In this document: positions 31,699 through 32,000 of the stretch, in pieces
Layout of the letters: each line of letters starts with the position of its first letter
Numbering within the stretch: the first letter of the stretch is position 1
Assembly: GCA_049296095.1 (NCBI GenBank)
Contig: JBAQRV010000001.1
Location: 420,001 to 452,000 of the forward strand
DNA length: 32,000 nt
DNA from: Candidatus Saccharimonadota bacterium
GTDB lineage: Bacteria > Patescibacteriota > Saccharimonadia > Saccharimonadales > Saccharimonadaceae
Direction of reading: 5' to 3'
Program-made: the position numbers and the translations under genes
Notes under the pieces: model-generated
What the model saw: only the letters and a program-made list of their open reading frames with translations
The model's database searches: none
What the model was told of the DNA's origin: nothing

Positions 31699-32000
31699 TG
31701 CACCACCTTATCAGTTAACTCAATCGTTTTGGCCGGCTCATAAAAGGCCCGAGCCTGAACCGACATAAGTTGCTTGTTACCCTGACTCTCAATTCTGAGC
31801 GACAGAATATCAATCGCACGAATCGAACGCTCGAGATTAGTCAGTACTTGCTTCAAGGCCTCTGGACTGCCGTTGACTGAGAATTGGAAAGTAATCTGAT
31901 TGCCAGACACACCAGCTGAAGCATCCTGCTCGTTCGCATTGATGTCAGACAAGGATTCAACCCCAACGACAGGGTCAACTTGCAATGATTCAATCGTAAG
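31695..32000 (-). CDS. PilO-like pilus assembly protein, 5' end outside the window
   Basis: The frame stays open to the window edge; the track's start at 31985 is an internal TTG. The C-terminal region ITFQFSVNGSPEALKQVLTNLERSIRAIDILSLRI...VQARAFY resembles the PilO C-terminal domain. Confidence 0.45.
   Translation of the reverse strand, partial: LTIESLQVDPVVGVESLSDINANEQDASAGVSGNQITFQFSVNGSPEALKQVLTNLERSIRAIDILSLRIESQGNKQLMSVQARAFYEPAKTIELTDKVVQ

Overview
Gene-dense bacterial chromosome segment, mostly minus-strand genes with short or overlapping gaps. TGA is used as a stop codon (for example in miaA), so this is standard code 11. Gene content resembles a reduced-genome Gram-positive-type organism such as Patescibacteria/Saccharibacteria; that placement is inference only, with no search run.

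Contents in order:
- 1-2594: 3'-truncated membrane-anchored P-loop secretion ATPase (TraD/TrwB/VirD4-like) with two small partner genes.
- 2595-3989: an unusual ~1.4 kb ORF-free, AT-richer gap. It holds dense inverted repeats, GTGAAC tandem repeats, a decayed Zn-ribbon ORF and a promoter-to-terminator mini-unit.
- 3990-4394: tmRNA (ssrA, minus), which the ORF track misses and the over-extended comM ORF overlaps.
- 4459-7121: comM and infC(ATC start)-rpmI-rplT.
- 7238-7577: type-A RNase P RNA (minus), hidden under spurious plus-strand ORFs.
- 7584-9665: a Nudix/RNase HI fusion gene preceded by a ~180-nt promoter/terminator-bounded structured RNA, an M50 protease and rpmB.
- 9707-14261: a small ORF broken by an in-frame TGA, an MBL-fold protein lacking the HxHxDH motif, a wHTH protein, and the miaA, ATL-like and thrS genes.
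- 14262-14446: a canonical-looking T-box leader upstream of thrS.
- tRNAs: Val(GAC), Thr(CGU), Asp(GUC) and Arg(CCU).
- 14755-22505: a leaderless 41-codon ORF, a processive GT2 synthase with a 4-TM partner, sod, a parvulin-like chaperone, a PH-domain membrane protein, ndk, uppP and a Xer recombinase.
- 22502-32000: a secretin-less type IV pilus cluster (PilO-like, small TM protein, pilB, pilT, pilC, pilA, pilD, three prepilin-like minor pilins, PilX-like protein).

No CRISPR array, intact mobile element or recognisable defence system was seen. The items most worth follow-up are the non-coding elements at 2595-3989 and 8529-8717 and the T-box/tRNA-Thr pairing.
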